DNA of 64,000 nucleotides from a virus: IMG/VR virus record IMGVR_UViG_3300050119_000049, positions 1 to 64,000 of that record; one strand, 5' to 3'. Shown piece by piece: positions 18,654 to 27,699 of this stretch (position 1 is its first letter; each line of letters starts with the position of its first letter). The notes under the pieces were generated by a model. It saw only the letters and a program-made list of their open reading frames with translations, ran no database searches and was not told where the DNA came from. The position numbers and the translations under genes were made by a program.

Positions 18654-19021
18654 TCTCACGCGACGCGGCACGCATGGCAGGCTTGAAGCGATACTTCACC
18701 GGTGAGACATGCGTCAACGGTCATCGCGCCGAGCGTTACGTCTCGAATACGTGTTGCGTCACTTGCGTCAATCAATCATACAAGCCCGTCGCCGAATCCA
18801 AAAATCCAATGCGCGAAGCTGCTCCTCGTCCGAAACCGCAGACCGGACCGCGTGCGCCAAGCGTCGATTATTCGCATATGACTGCCGCACAGATCGAGGC
18901 GTGGTACGCAAAAGTGCGCCGCATTCAACGTGGAGAACGCTTCTTGTTCAATTCGAATCGCAAGCAAGAAGCGCCCAAGCCGCTAGATGCGCCGCTGTTG
19001 AAGGTCGTATCGAATGGCTAA
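18638..19021 (+). CDS. Zn-ribbon protein (KRYFTGETCVNGHRAERYVSNTCCVTC motif)
   Basis: Cys/His zinc-binding motif. The true start may be the internal MAGLKRY at about 18674. Confidence 0.4.
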   Translation: MELSVISRDAARMAGLKRYFTGETCVNGHRAERYVSNTCCVTCVNQSYKPVAESKNPMREAAPRPKPQTGPRAPSVDYSHMTAAQIEAWYAKVRRIQRGERFLFNSNRKQEAPKPLDAPLLKVVSNG

Positions 19022-22000
19022 GCGCAAGCCGTCCGGTCGTGTGCAATCACGCGATTCGATTCAGAACTTTCTGTCGAACGTCGGGCAGGGAACGAACAAT
19101 CAAGCCAGCGGCTCGCATTACGGCTTGCATCCGGTCTCGCGCAATCGCACTCAAATGGAGTGGGCGTATCGTGGTTCGTGGATTGTCGGACGCATGGTTG
19201 ATTGCGTCGCGAAGGACATGACACGCGAAGGCATCGAAATCAATTCGACCGATGACCCTGGAAAGCTCAGTGAACTTGACAAAGAGATGGCGCGCTTGCA
19301 AGTATGGGACAAGCTGTGCGAAACGATTCAGTGGGATCGCTTGTACGGCGGCTCACTCGCGTATATGCAGATCGATGGTCAGGACTCGAAGACACCATTG
19401 CGCATCGAAACGCTCGAGAAGGGTCAATTCAAAGGTCTGCTGCCGCTCGATCGCTGGCTCGTCAATCCGTCCCTATCGGACCTCGTCATTGATCCAGGCC
19501 CCGATTACGGATTACCGAAGTTCTACCAAACGGTGCCCGACACGATGGGCATGCCGTTGCTGAACATCCATTACTCGCGCGTGATTCGGCTGGGCGGTGT
19601 CAAGCTGCCGTACTGGCAACGGATATCCGAGAATTTGTGGGGCCAATCGGAGCTTGAGCGGTTGTGGGATCGCTTGTTGGCATTCGACTCAACGACGGCC
19701 GGTGTTGCTCAACTGGTGTACAAAGCGCATTTGCGCACGTATTCGGTTGAAGATCTGCGAGAAATACTGAGCTCTGGCGGCGATGCCCAAACTGGATTGA
19801 TTCAGCAGATCGCCATGATGCGGCAGATGCAAACGAATGAAGGCATCACGCTCATGGATGCCAAGGACAAATACGAGGCGCATCAATATACGTTCAGCGG
19901 CCTTGACTCAGTGTTGATGCAATTCGGAGAACAACTGGCGGGAGCGACGGAGATTCCGCTGATTCGTTTGTTCGGTCAATCACCGGCTGGATTTGATACC
20001 GGCGATTCAACGATGCGGATGTATAACGAATCCATCAAGCAGCGGCAAACGTCGAAGATCGGGCCAGGCGTCGAGAAGCTGTATCGCGTCGGCTATATCT
20101 CGACGTTCGGCAATGAGCCGCCGAAGGTGTTCGATATTAAGTTCCGTCCGCTGTGGCAGATGACCGATACCGAGAAAGGCGAGAATGCCAGCAAGATCAC
20201 CGATGCGGTGAACAAGGCGTATGAATCTCAGATCGTGCGTCGCGCCACGGCGTTGAAAGAGCTCAAGCAATCGTCGCGCATCACTGGCGTATGGACGAAC
20301 ATCGAAGACGAAGAAATCGAAGAAGCCGAAAACGATCCACCGCCATCACCTGAAGCTCTCGGCCTCGAACTGCCAGATCCCGCGCCGATCGCTGGGCCTG
20401 GCGAGAAAAAGCCCGACGACGATAAGAAGGTTGAATACAAGCCCGACGACGCCAAGCCGTTCAAAGCGCTTGACGGCGAAGGCGTGCCGAAAGATGGAAC
20501 CGGTCGCTTCACGCATGGCATGGGTCTGGATCCGAAGCGTTTCGATGAAAAAGGCAAGAAGAACGATGATGGCGAATGGGCTATATCACCACTTGATCCG
20601 GTGAAATCGAAGTCGATGCGTGAAGCCATACAAGCGGCGCATCCGAATACGTGCAAGGCATACGGCACGATGGGCGAAATCGAGCCGTGGAAGCTACAAG
20701 GACCGCAGAAGCTGGTCAACATCAAGAAGGTCGGATCGTACAGGAAGAATCATGGCGACCCCATCACAGTGGTCAAGCGAAATGGCGAGCATGGTATTGT
20801 CGATGGACATCATCGAGCCACTGCCGCTCATCTCCAAGGTCGATCGGTCGAAGCAAACATCGTTGACATGGACCGAGCATTCAGCGAAGCCGCCGACCAC
20901 GAATCAGCCAATCCTGGTTTGGGAATACTCGGTGCGCTACACCTATCCACTGAGCTGCGTCTCCGTAACGCGCCAAGCAAAACGAAAGACAGCGGCATCC
21001 GTCGGCTGATCAATTTTTTTTTGAATCGTGATGAAGCCCATTTCGCTGAGTCCGAACATCCTCGAGATGCTACGGGCAAATGGACAAAATCAGGTGCGCA
21101 GCTTGGTTCCAACGAGGGCGGTGTTTACACGAATGCAGCCGGTGACAAGACTTATGTCAAGTATTACAAGAATGCAGCACAAGCGCACTCCGAGGTATTG
21201 ACGGCTGATCTTCTGGACGAGCTAGGCATCATCACTAGCGCTCCCATAATCAAGACGATCAAAGGTCGCACTGCCGTCGTGTCGAATTGGCGCAACGTCG
21301 AGAAGATCGATTGGTCCGGCGATACGATCAAGAACATGAAGCCTGATCAGCGCACCGATTTGGCGAAGATGTATTACGCCGCCGTGTTGACGAAGAACTG
21401 GGATGTTCTCGGAGTCGATTCGACGAACATCATGTTGGATAAAGAAACCGGCCATCTCATTCAAATGGACACCGGTGGCGCGTTCAACTTTCGCGCGCAA
21501 GGCAAGCATAAGGATTACGGATCAGACATCGCTGAGCTTGAATCATTGATGAATCCGTCGCTGGCATCGGGCAAAGTATTCACTACACTGAAAGCTGTTG
21601 ATCCGAAAGCGTTCGATCGTGCGCTGTCGCAGATCAAAACGTCGGCTTCTACACTGGGCACGGCTGAGATATTCGAGCGCGCCGATTTGCAGAATAAAAT
21701 GCAGTTGTTCAGCAATTATGAGAAGCGATTTCACGCTCTCGTCAATCACAAGCCGGTGACCCAAGCAATCGCCAAGCCAATTGAAAAGAAAGTTGATTTG
21801 ACGAAAGAGACAGCCGTCGCATTGAATCAGACGGGCAAGCACCAAACGATTCATCAAAAGCTGCGCGCCGTAATGCGAGCTGCGCATGAAGCATCTGGAC
21901 CAAAAGCGAGTGTACTGGTTGCGAGCGTCATCAAAGTGCCCCCGCCGAAGCCGACACCCGACAGCAATCGAGCGGTTGGTGGATACACGGCTAGCAGTTC

Positions 22001-22529
22001 AGCCTTGAATCAATCTTTGCGTATGGCGAAAGGCGATTTGAGCCAGCTTGATAAGGGTTTCAAGAATCGCGTTGAAGTGTTAGACAAGACGATTCGAGAA
22101 GCTCGAGATTATGCGCTGCCGATCAAGCTCACTCGTGGTATGCCGAATCATGCTTTGCCTAATGTCGAAGTCGGCGCGACGTTCATGGATCACGGCTATC
22201 AATCAGCGTCATTCTCGAAAGACGTAGCAAAGTCGTTTGGCAATCACAACACCGTGCTTGAAATCACGATGCCTAAGGGCTTCAAGTTCTTGAGCGTGCC
22301 GTCATACGCGAAAGCGGCTGAAGGCCATTACATCTCGCACGCTGAGAATGAAGCCGAAGCGATCCTGCCGCGTGAGACGGCGTATCGCATCAAGAAAATT
22401 GAGCAAACCGGCACACATCGTATACTGCATGTCGATGCGATTGCCTCATCATTGCAGCCTCCGGGCACCGAATGGGTGTCGAGCAAAGCGGCCAAGCTGA
22501 AGAGTGAGAAAAATGGAAGCATCACCTGA
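19014..22529 (+). CDS. Portal protein fused to a polyvalent C-terminal extension: acidic/Pro linker, ParB-like domain, protein-kinase-like domain and ADP-ribosyltransferase-like domain
   Basis: Residues 1 to about 425 are portal-like (position after the terminase). Linker EDEEIEEAENDPPPSPE...KKPDDDKK. ParB/Srx motif IVDGHHRATAAHLQG at about 20800. Kinase-like Gly-loop LGSNEGGVY, beta3 Lys YVKYYK, catalytic-loop-like LGVDSTNIMLD and DFG-like QMDTGGAF. ART-like YTASSSALNQSLR (Y..S...N..LR), YQSAS (STS-like) and ENEAE (ExE-like). Confidence 0.75.
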   Translation: MAKRKPSGRVQSRDSIQNFLSNVGQGTNNQASGSHYGLHPVSRNRTQMEWAYRGSWIVGRMVDCVAKDMTREGIEINSTDDPGKLSELDKEMARLQVWDKLCETIQWDRLYGGSLAYMQIDGQDSKTPLRIETLEKGQFKGLLPLDRWLVNPSLSDLVIDPGPDYGLPKFYQTVPDTMGMPLLNIHYSRVIRLGGVKLPYWQRISENLWGQSELERLWDRLLAFDSTTAGVAQLVYKAHLRTYSVEDLREILSSGGDAQTGLIQQIAMMRQMQTNEGITLMDAKDKYEAHQYTFSGLDSVLMQFGEQLAGATEIPLIRLFGQSPAGFDTGDSTMRMYNESIKQRQTSKIGPGVEKLYRVGYISTFGNEPPKVFDIKFRPLWQMTDTEKGENASKITDAVNKAYESQIVRRATALKELKQSSRITGVWTNIEDEEIEEAENDPPPSPEALGLELPDPAPIAGPGEKKPDDDKKVEYKPDDAKPFKALDGEGVPKDGTGRFTHGMGLDPKRFDEKGKKNDDGEWAISPLDPVKSKSMREAIQAAHPNTCKAYGTMGEIEPWKLQGPQKLVNIKKVGSYRKNHGDPITVVKRNGEHGIVDGHHRATAAHLQGRSVEANIVDMDRAFSEAADHESANPGLGILGALHLSTELRLRNAPSKTKDSGIRRLINFFLNRDEAHFAESEHPRDATGKWTKSGAQLGSNEGGVYTNAAGDKTYVKYYKNAAQAHSEVLTADLLDELGIITSAPIIKTIKGRTAVVSNWRNVEKIDWSGDTIKNMKPDQRTDLAKMYYAAVLTKNWDVLGVDSTNIMLDKETGHLIQMDTGGAFNFRAQGKHKDYGSDIAELESLMNPSLASGKVFTTLKAVDPKAFDRALSQIKTSASTLGTAEIFERADLQNKMQLFSNYEKRFHALVNHKPVTQAIAKPIEKKVDLTKETAVALNQTGKHQTIHQKLRAVMRAAHEASGPKASVLVASVIKVPPPKPTPDSNRAVGGYTASSSALNQSLRMAKGDLSQLDKGFKNRVEVLDKTIREARDYALPIKLTRGMPNHALPNVEVGATFMDHGYQSASFSKDVAKSFGNHNTVLEITMPKGFKFLSVPSYAKAAEGHYISHAENEAEAILPRETAYRIKKIEQTGTHRILHVDAIASSLQPPGTEWVSSKAAKLKSEKNGSIT

Positions 22530-22573
22530 ATTCATCGAACGCTTGACGAATCTCGAGCCAGAGCTAGTCGAAG

Positions 22574-23455
22574 GTGAAGGCGCGTTCAGTGATTCGGATT
22601 TCATCGATGAAGACGATGAACCGATCGATTGAACGCTCTCCTTACGGAAAAATTCCGAAAGCTCAGGTAGGCATCACCGGCTCGCCTAGCATCCTGACAG
22701 TTGCGGCGCTATCGACGGATGCGAGCAGCAAGCAATCACGACCGAAGACCGGCCGAGCTGAGCGGCAATTCAATTCGTATCTGCGTCGTGTGGCTGAACA
22801 TGTCGGCCACATGATCAACGGCTTTGAAGCGGGTAACATTGAGCTTCTTCCAACACTGACTCAATTGCTGCGCGCGTATGCCGATGCACTGACGCCTTGG
22901 GCCGTTTCGACATCCAAGAGGATGCTCGAAGAAGTGAATTCTCGTGATAAGGATTCGTGGCGATCGTTGGGCACGAAGATTTCTCGACAGTTGCGTCATG
23001 ATTTGATGGAGACGAATGTCGGCACGGTGCTACGGCAATTGATGGGCGAGCAAGTGACGCTCATCAAGTCATTGCCGATTGAAGCCGCCCAGCGTGTGCA
23101 TGACCTGACGATCAAGGGTCTTGAAGATTCTCGACGGGCTAAAGAATTTGCCGATATGATTCGAGCGTCGGGCGAAGTGACGGCCTCTCGAGCAACACTG
23201 ATCGCACGAACCGAAGTAGCCCGCACGGCCTCAATCCTCGCTCAAACGCGAGCAACGGGCGCAGGCTTGACACATTATCGATGGCAAACGTCAGAAGATG
23301 CCGACGTGCGCAAGGGCCATCAGGCGATGCAAGGCAAGATCTGTTCTTATGCCAATCCTCCCGCCGTGAATGAGAATGGTCGTATCATGCGCCATCATCC
23401 CGGCCAAATTTGGAATTGTCGATGTTGGGCCGAACCCATCGTTGAATTTGAATAG
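22574..23455 (+). CDS. Head morphogenesis protein (Mu F / SPP1 gp7 family)
   Basis: LIARTEVARTAS and ...KGHQAMQGKICSY...HPGQIWNCRCW are typical Phage_Mu_F motifs. Confidence 0.75.
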   Translation: MKARSVIRISSMKTMNRSIERSPYGKIPKAQVGITGSPSILTVAALSTDASSKQSRPKTGRAERQFNSYLRRVAEHVGHMINGFEAGNIELLPTLTQLLRAYADALTPWAVSTSKRMLEEVNSRDKDSWRSLGTKISRQLRHDLMETNVGTVLRQLMGEQVTLIKSLPIEAAQRVHDLTIKGLEDSRRAKEFADMIRASGEVTASRATLIARTEVARTASILAQTRATGAGLTHYRWQTSEDADVRKGHQAMQGKICSYANPPAVNENGRIMRHHPGQIWNCRCWAEPIVEFE

Positions 23456-23464
23456 GAGATATTT

Positions 23465-23728
23465 ATGTCATGGTCAGCCAGTGCCAAAGGGTCGAAAAAA
23501 GATGTTCGAGATTCGATTGCCCAGCAATTCGATGACGGTCGAAGCGATTACTACAAGTGCGAAGATCCTGAGGAAACGCTACGTCAGAAAATAGGCGTGT
23601 TGGCCTTGGCTGCCATCGATGCCAATCCCGACAATACCTCGATCAAGGTTGGTGCTTACGGTTCGGCGTACACCGTCGATGGCGTTCAGATAAATAACAG
23701 CTTTTCTCTGACTGTCTCCGCTAGCTGA
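23465..23728 (+). CDS. Hypothetical small protein
   Basis: ORF with an SD-like GGAG upstream. Confidence 0.4.
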   Translation: MSWSASAKGSKKDVRDSIAQQFDDGRSDYYKCEDPEETLRQKIGVLALAAIDANPDNTSIKVGAYGSAYTVDGVQINNSFSLTVSAS

Positions 23729-23982
23729 TGATTGCTCGCGTTAAGTGGATAGCGCCGAAGACAGATGTCAACGGTAAGCCGATCACGGGCAAGCTCACCT
23801 ACAACCTGTATCAATTCAGCAATCAGAGAACGATCTTTCCCGTCGTCACTGGAATTACAACCACTGAACATGACGTGACAGATCTACCGATCAACACTAC
23901 TCAATGCTTTTATGTACGGGCCGTGATCAATGGTCATGTCAGTGCTGGAAGCAATATTGCCTGCGTAAAAATTAGGAGATGA
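23728..23982 (+). CDS. Fibronectin type III-like small protein
   Basis: GKLTYNLYQF...TDLPINTTQCFYVRAV beta-sandwich pattern. Paralog of the next ORF. Confidence 0.5.
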   Translation: MIARVKWIAPKTDVNGKPITGKLTYNLYQFSNQRTIFPVVTGITTTEHDVTDLPINTTQCFYVRAVINGHVSAGSNIACVKIRR

Positions 23983-23983
23983 A

Positions 23984-24283
23984 ATGACAACTGCCACGAT
24001 TGATTGGTCTGCGGTTACGAAGAACACTGATGGCACGGCGGCTGCTGGCGTCACTTACAATCTGTATCAAGGCACTGCGGCCAATGCGCTGACGAAAGTT
24101 GCTTCCGGCCTCACGGCTTTGACCGACGCGATCACCGCCGGTCTGACACCGGGCGTTGAATACTTTTTCGGTGTCACGGCTGTAGAAAATGGTGTAGAGA
24201 GCGCGATGAGCAACATCGGCAGTGTGACTGTTCCTGAGCCGACTCCTGACGCACCCACCGGTTTGACGGTCGTTCTGAGCTGA
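23984..24283 (+). CDS. Fibronectin type III-like small protein (paralog)
   Basis: GVTYNLYQG...GLTPGVEYFFGVTAV mirrors the previous ORF. Confidence 0.5.
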   Translation: MTTATIDWSAVTKNTDGTAAAGVTYNLYQGTAANALTKVASGLTALTDAITAGLTPGVEYFFGVTAVENGVESAMSNIGSVTVPEPTPDAPTGLTVVLS

Positions 24284-24957
24284 TGATTTCAAACAACGTT
24301 GAAACCTCAATTCTGCAATTGTGGTTCAATGGGCTAGCTTGGCCAGGGATGGCTTTCAATGGGAGTATAGGTCAGCTATATGTCTCGTTACACAATGCCG
24401 ACCCAACCGCCAGCGGTTCGCAGGATTCATTTGAAACGGCTTACACAAACTATGCTCGTGTCTCAGTCGCTCGAGTGGCTGGGCAATGGCTGGTCAGGGG
24501 TAATAGCCCTGCGATCGTCACGAATGCTAATCCGATCACATTCCCGCAATGCGGCGGATATGGCGACACGCTGACGTATTGGGGTATCGGTACGCAAGAA
24601 TCTGGCTCCGGCACGTTGCAAATGTCCGGACCTATCGGCGTCGGTGCTGCCACTGGATTTACATGCGATGCTTACGGCAATTTGGTCGTTCCGGGAGCGT
24701 CGCTGTTTGTAGGTCAATCAGTTTCGTTATTCTCGCTTGGGCCGATGCTGCAACTGCCATCCGGCTTGAGCGAGGGTGTCGAGTATACGATTGATTCGAT
24801 CGATGACGGCATTGTGACTTTATCCATTGATGATGAGCCGGTGGCAACGATTGCCGCGGGCTCGGGATTATTGATTCCTGTTTCTCCGTTGATTCTCGTG
24901 CCCAACGTAACCGTGCCGAGCTTTCCTTCAAATGGGCTAGTTGCATATTTAAACTGA
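24283..24957 (+). CDS. Hypothetical structural protein
   Basis: 224-aa ORF in the structural block. Confidence 0.4.
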   Translation: MISNNVETSILQLWFNGLAWPGMAFNGSIGQLYVSLHNADPTASGSQDSFETAYTNYARVSVARVAGQWLVRGNSPAIVTNANPITFPQCGGYGDTLTYWGIGTQESGSGTLQMSGPIGVGAATGFTCDAYGNLVVPGASLFVGQSVSLFSLGPMLQLPSGLSEGVEYTIDSIDDGIVTLSIDDEPVATIAAGSGLLIPVSPLILVPNVTVPSFPSNGLVAYLN

Positions 24958-24964
24958 GGTCACC

Positions 24965-26002
24965 GTGGACCAATACAACGGTGATGAAGCCGAACTACTC
25001 GACGAACAAATCGATCATGTTCAAATACTCAGTGGATATTATCAACCAACGTTAGCTCCGCAGATTGAGGACGGTTGGGACTGGAATCAAAACGAAGAAG
25101 AGGATGATTGGCGATATCATTTAGACTTCGGCCCCGTTGGACCAAATGCGCCGCTCGCGTTCAATGACACGCTCGAGTGGCCTGATGACGATGATCAATC
25201 GATTCTCGATGAATACCAGCTCGTATCAGTTGTCACGACTCAATACTTCGGTGAAGACGCTGAACGGCTAGATTCAGATGATGACGAGCAAGTCATCACT
25301 GAATATTCGATCGGCGATCCGGATGCGTTGCAATCGCAGCTCACGTTTGATTGGTTCAGCCAAGAAGACGATGACTACGTCATTGACGACTATCAACTGA
25401 TTGATGTCGTCGTTACGACGACTCAGTATTTCGGTGAAGATTCCGAGCTGTTCGATGAAACACTGGACCTCGTTCAACTTTCTAACAGCTATCAGCAATC
25501 CGATTGGTCGCAAGCGATTGAAGATCCGTGGGATTATACGGATGACGACGATTCGATCATTCTTGACGAGTATCAGAATGTCACTCCGTCATCGATCGTT
25601 GAAGATGCTTTCGATTGGTCGACCGATGACGACGATCAAGCGCCGTTAGATGAATATCGACAATCGCCAGTCACGAATTATTACGGTGATGAAGCCGAAC
25701 AGCTTGATGAGTCGATAGACGAATGGTCAATCGATGAATATCAGCAATCGATATTCGTATCCTTGTCATTGTTCGAGAATGATTGGGAATATGCTGAAGA
25801 CGATGAGCAAGCAGCTCTTGACGAATATCAAAATTTACCGCCACCGATCATCACACTGATCTATGGCATGTCAATAACGGCGATTGTGGCCTATGGCTTG
25901 GTTGCTCAGATTCGTGTGCGACGCTCGATACCACCGTGGCGGCTCAATGCATCTCAAGCCTGGCTTGGCTATCGCACCGGCAACGGCGGCGGAATTTACT
26001 AG
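24965..26002 (+). CDS. Highly acidic tandem-repeat protein with a C-terminal TM anchor
   Basis: Repeats LDEYQ...YFGEDAE...DDD. C-terminal hydrophobic IITLIYGMSITAIVAYGLVAQI followed by RVRR. Shares the YYGEDAELFDE repeat with the 33737-36019 protein. Confidence 0.5.
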   Translation: MDQYNGDEAELLDEQIDHVQILSGYYQPTLAPQIEDGWDWNQNEEEDDWRYHLDFGPVGPNAPLAFNDTLEWPDDDDQSILDEYQLVSVVTTQYFGEDAERLDSDDDEQVITEYSIGDPDALQSQLTFDWFSQEDDDYVIDDYQLIDVVVTTTQYFGEDSELFDETLDLVQLSNSYQQSDWSQAIEDPWDYTDDDDSIILDEYQNVTPSSIVEDAFDWSTDDDDQAPLDEYRQSPVTNYYGDEAEQLDESIDEWSIDEYQQSIFVSLSLFENDWEYAEDDEQAALDEYQNLPPPIITLIYGMSITAIVAYGLVAQIRVRRSIPPWRLNASQAWLGYRTGNGGGIY

Positions 26003-26011
26003 GAGTATCGA

Positions 26012-26311
26012 ATGACAGCCCCTCTCAATGTGCCTCTCGTCGTTAACTCGGTTATTGCCGCATCGGCGTTTTGGCCCGGTGGTACTGGTGTGCTGAGCGG
26101 CGTTGCCACCTCGTGGGCTGGCGCTACGATGACGCTGAACGTCTTGGGCCCCGATGGCCTCACTTATATCGCAACTACTGTCACGCTGGCCGCTAATGGC
26201 ATCAGTGCGGCGTTCACGCTACCGGCAGGTACGATCAAGGTCGTGCAAAGCGGCGGCACAGCGACCGTGTGTTACGTCAACGCACAAGTCATACCAACAA
26301 ACCTCAATTAA
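26012..26311 (+). CDS. Hypothetical structural protein
   Basis: ORF. Confidence 0.4.
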   Translation: MTAPLNVPLVVNSVIAASAFWPGGTGVLSGVATSWAGATMTLNVLGPDGLTYIATTVTLAANGISAAFTLPAGTIKVVQSGGTATVCYVNAQVIPTNLN

Positions 26312-26320
26312 GGATTCAAC

Positions 26321-26797
26321 ATGACCGCTTCTGCTCAGCTCGATGGACGAATTGATTTCAAAGGCACGCTCGCGGCACTTGTCGCGGCGTTCGGCTCAGC
26401 CTCCGGATTTCCGGCCGGTACGCAAGCATATACCACCGACTTCGGCCTGGTCATTTGGAATGGCACGTATTGGGAGAACAATACGGCCGGTACAATCGCT
26501 GCCAGCACGACTGTCACCCAAGCCGCCGGTACGCCGCTTACTGATGAGCTGTGCAATATCACGTCGACCGCTGCCGGCGCTGTCACGTTGCCGCCTTCGG
26601 TGCCGGGAAATATCATCACAGTCCACAACATTTCGACTTTCAACGTTTCGGTATTTCCGAACGCGGCCGGTACGACCACGGAAAAGATCAACGCTCTAGG
26701 AGCGAATGCCGCGATCGTTCTTGCCACCAACACTTCTACCAGCTTCACTTGTGCGGTGGCCGGACAGTGGTACACCGTTCCGCGCGTGCCGTCTTAA
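26321..26797 (+). CDS. Hypothetical structural protein
   Basis: ORF, Thr/Ala-rich. Confidence 0.4.
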   Translation: MTASAQLDGRIDFKGTLAALVAAFGSASGFPAGTQAYTTDFGLVIWNGTYWENNTAGTIAASTTVTQAAGTPLTDELCNITSTAAGAVTLPPSVPGNIITVHNISTFNVSVFPNAAGTTTEKINALGANAAIVLATNTSTSFTCAVAGQWYTVPRVPS

Positions 26798-26806
26798 GGA
26801 ACATTT

Positions 26807-27148
26807 ATGGAAAATCAATTGATCGATCAGATCCCTGAACCGCGTGAACCCACGCAAACCGAAATTCTGCAAGCAAGTGTGAACAAGCTCGGCGCAGTTC
26901 TTCTCAAGCAAGCTCAAGCGAATGGCGGACAGATCGACATCATCTCATTGCAACTGAATATGATGATGTTGACTCAAACCATGCAATTGATGACGGCCTT
27001 GATAATCGAGCTGTCGAACGGTAAATATACCGACGACAGTATCACTGCCACGGTGAATGAACGAGTCAAGGAAGTAATCATGGGCATGGAAAGCCAGTTA
27101 GCTACTCCCAAGATTCTTCGTGGTCTTCGATCGGTTCCACGCAAATAA
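26807..27148 (+). CDS. Hypothetical protein
   Basis: ORF. Confidence 0.4.
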   Translation: MENQLIDQIPEPREPTQTEILQASVNKLGAVLLKQAQANGGQIDIISLQLNMMMLTQTMQLMTALIIELSNGKYTDDSITATVNERVKEVIMGMESQLATPKILRGLRSVPRK

Positions 27149-27185
27149 TCGCCTACGGGCATTTTCAACAACGAGGTAATTTTCA

Positions 27186-27665
27186 ATGATCATTTATAAC
27201 GTGCGCGTGTCTGGCGCGCTCTCCGTCGTGACGACTCCGATTGCGACCATCATCTCGGGCGCGACGCGCTCTTTCCTGATTCTGGAAGTGGATTTGGAAG
27301 GCATGGGCACTGCGTCCCAGGCCAACGAAGTCGGCATCTACCGCATCGGCACCGCAGGTGTGACCGGTTCGGGCGCGCTGACCTTCGTGCCGACTGATGT
27401 GCCGAACATGACTGGCACCACTCCTGCCCTGGCATTCAGCGGTACCGGCTTCGCCGGGTATTCGACCCAGCCCATCGCTGGCGCACTCGTGCAGAACATT
27501 CCGATCAACGCGAATGGTCAACGCTACTTCTGGCGTGCGAACGCGAACCTCAACAACGCCATTCCCGTTCAGGGCGGCAACAACGCGCTGGGTTCCGTTG
27601 GTCTGTTTCCGATCAACACCGCAGGCGGCACCGTAACGGGTCGCTTGCAGTTGGCGGAAATCTAG
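27186..27665 (+). CDS. Hypothetical structural protein. First gene of the GC-rich island.
   Basis: ORF. GC content rises sharply at its start. Confidence 0.4.
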   Translation: MIIYNVRVSGALSVVTTPIATIISGATRSFLILEVDLEGMGTASQANEVGIYRIGTAGVTGSGALTFVPTDVPNMTGTTPALAFSGTGFAGYSTQPIAGALVQNIPINANGQRYFWRANANLNNAIPVQGGNNALGSVGLFPINTAGGTVTGRLQLAEI

Positions 27666-27699
27666 TCGGATGGGGGAGGACTGACACTCCCCCGTTTTT

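Noticed and set aside
19018-21887. Multiple 60-165-aa antisense or alternate-frame ORFs inside the portal-fusion gene
   Set aside because: They are embedded in a long, motif-rich ORF and have low-complexity translations. Spurious.
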